Below, in pieces: positions 63,301 through 64,000 of a DNA stretch of 64,000 nucleotides. The notes beneath the pieces are model-generated. The model was given only the letters and a program-made list of their open reading frames with translations, ran no database searches and had not been told where the DNA came from. The position numbers were made by a program, and so were the translations under genes. Origin of the DNA: Monocercomonoides exilis PA203 (Eukaryota > Protista > Preaxostyla); NCBI GenBank assembly GCA_001643675.2, contig LSRY02000058.1, forward strand, positions 62,001 through 126,000, read 5' to 3'. Each line of letters starts with the position of its first letter. The first letter of the stretch is position 1.

Positions 63301-64000
63301 TGTCTTCCTTCAATTTACAGCTCCGACACTTTTTTCACTGCCTTCAGCATCTCTTTCTTCCGCCAAACACAATCTTCAGCAAATAATCCTGTGGAAAACG
63401 AAGGATCAGAAAATAAAAGAGAAACGCCAGGAAGATTCACTTCATTCGGACTGGACAGCAACAAATTTGAATGGTGCACGTGGTTAAATACAAATGACGG
63501 AAATGATTGATGTGGAGCACTTAAAGTTATTTGCGCAAATGCGAATCTCACAATCACTTCCTGCTCATTTTTCAATTGCTCAACCAGTGATCATGGAGGA
63601 GCGTTGTATTGCAATGTTATGTTAAAAATTGATATTTCAAAATCCAATTTCACAATTTGTCAAGCGAAGCATGGAGGAGCAGTGTTCGTTTACAATCCAC
63701 AATCAAATTCTGTTTATTCATTTTTGGATAATAGAGTGGAAAGTTGCTCAATAACAGATTGGTGTGGAACTGGTTGGTATTTTGCTCTAGGAAATGATCC
63801 TTCAAATTTTCAATTTCTGTTTTCCAAATGCAAGTGCATTTCAAATTCTGGTGGTAATTCTGCTGGTTCTCTAACATTTTCAAATCCCCCAGGAAACAAT
63901 CCAACTCAGTTTTTGATTGATGATTGCCAATTTGTCAATAACAAATTGACTGCCTCTTCGACATATGGAGGTTCCGCAATGTGTTTTTATCCTCCTTTTT
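63301..64000 (+). pseudogene. Surface/adhesin-like protein with FxxC...GGA beta-helix-type repeats, in-frame TGA at 63508-63510, runs off the window end
   Basis: FEWCTW..GND*CGALKV..CSFFNCSTSDHGGALY..NFTICQAKHGGAVF..CQFVNN..YGGSAM; open from 63511 to 64000. Confidence 0.6.

Overview
AT-rich eukaryotic (protist) DNA with short GT-AG introns and the standard genetic code. The gene families resemble those of the oxymonad Monocercomonoides (inference, not verified). A compact core of ordinary genes at ~9.6-19.4 kb (Yip1-family, DUF1295, cathepsin B, MyTH4-RhoGAP, bacterial-type glycerol dehydrogenase, PIG-U) sits among repeat-rich DNA. The repeats include three full copies and one fragment of a lineage-specific helical-protein family and two IQCH-like pseudogenes. 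Mobile DNA includes an apparently intact pogo/Fot1-type DD35D transposon, a structurally complete DIRS1-type tyrosine-recombinase retrotransposon (ITRs, ICR, ATT ends, atypical recombinase active site), pogo and Merlin relics, and at least four non-autonomous TIR element families. A 513-bp perfect inverted repeat lies at 45.9-47.6 kb. Large cellular genes include a coiled-coil protein, a Kelch/Cys-rich membrane protein, and two surface-protein genes each broken by an in-frame TGA. No rRNA, tRNA or CRISPR array was recognised. All homology calls rest on motif recognition by eye, not database searches.
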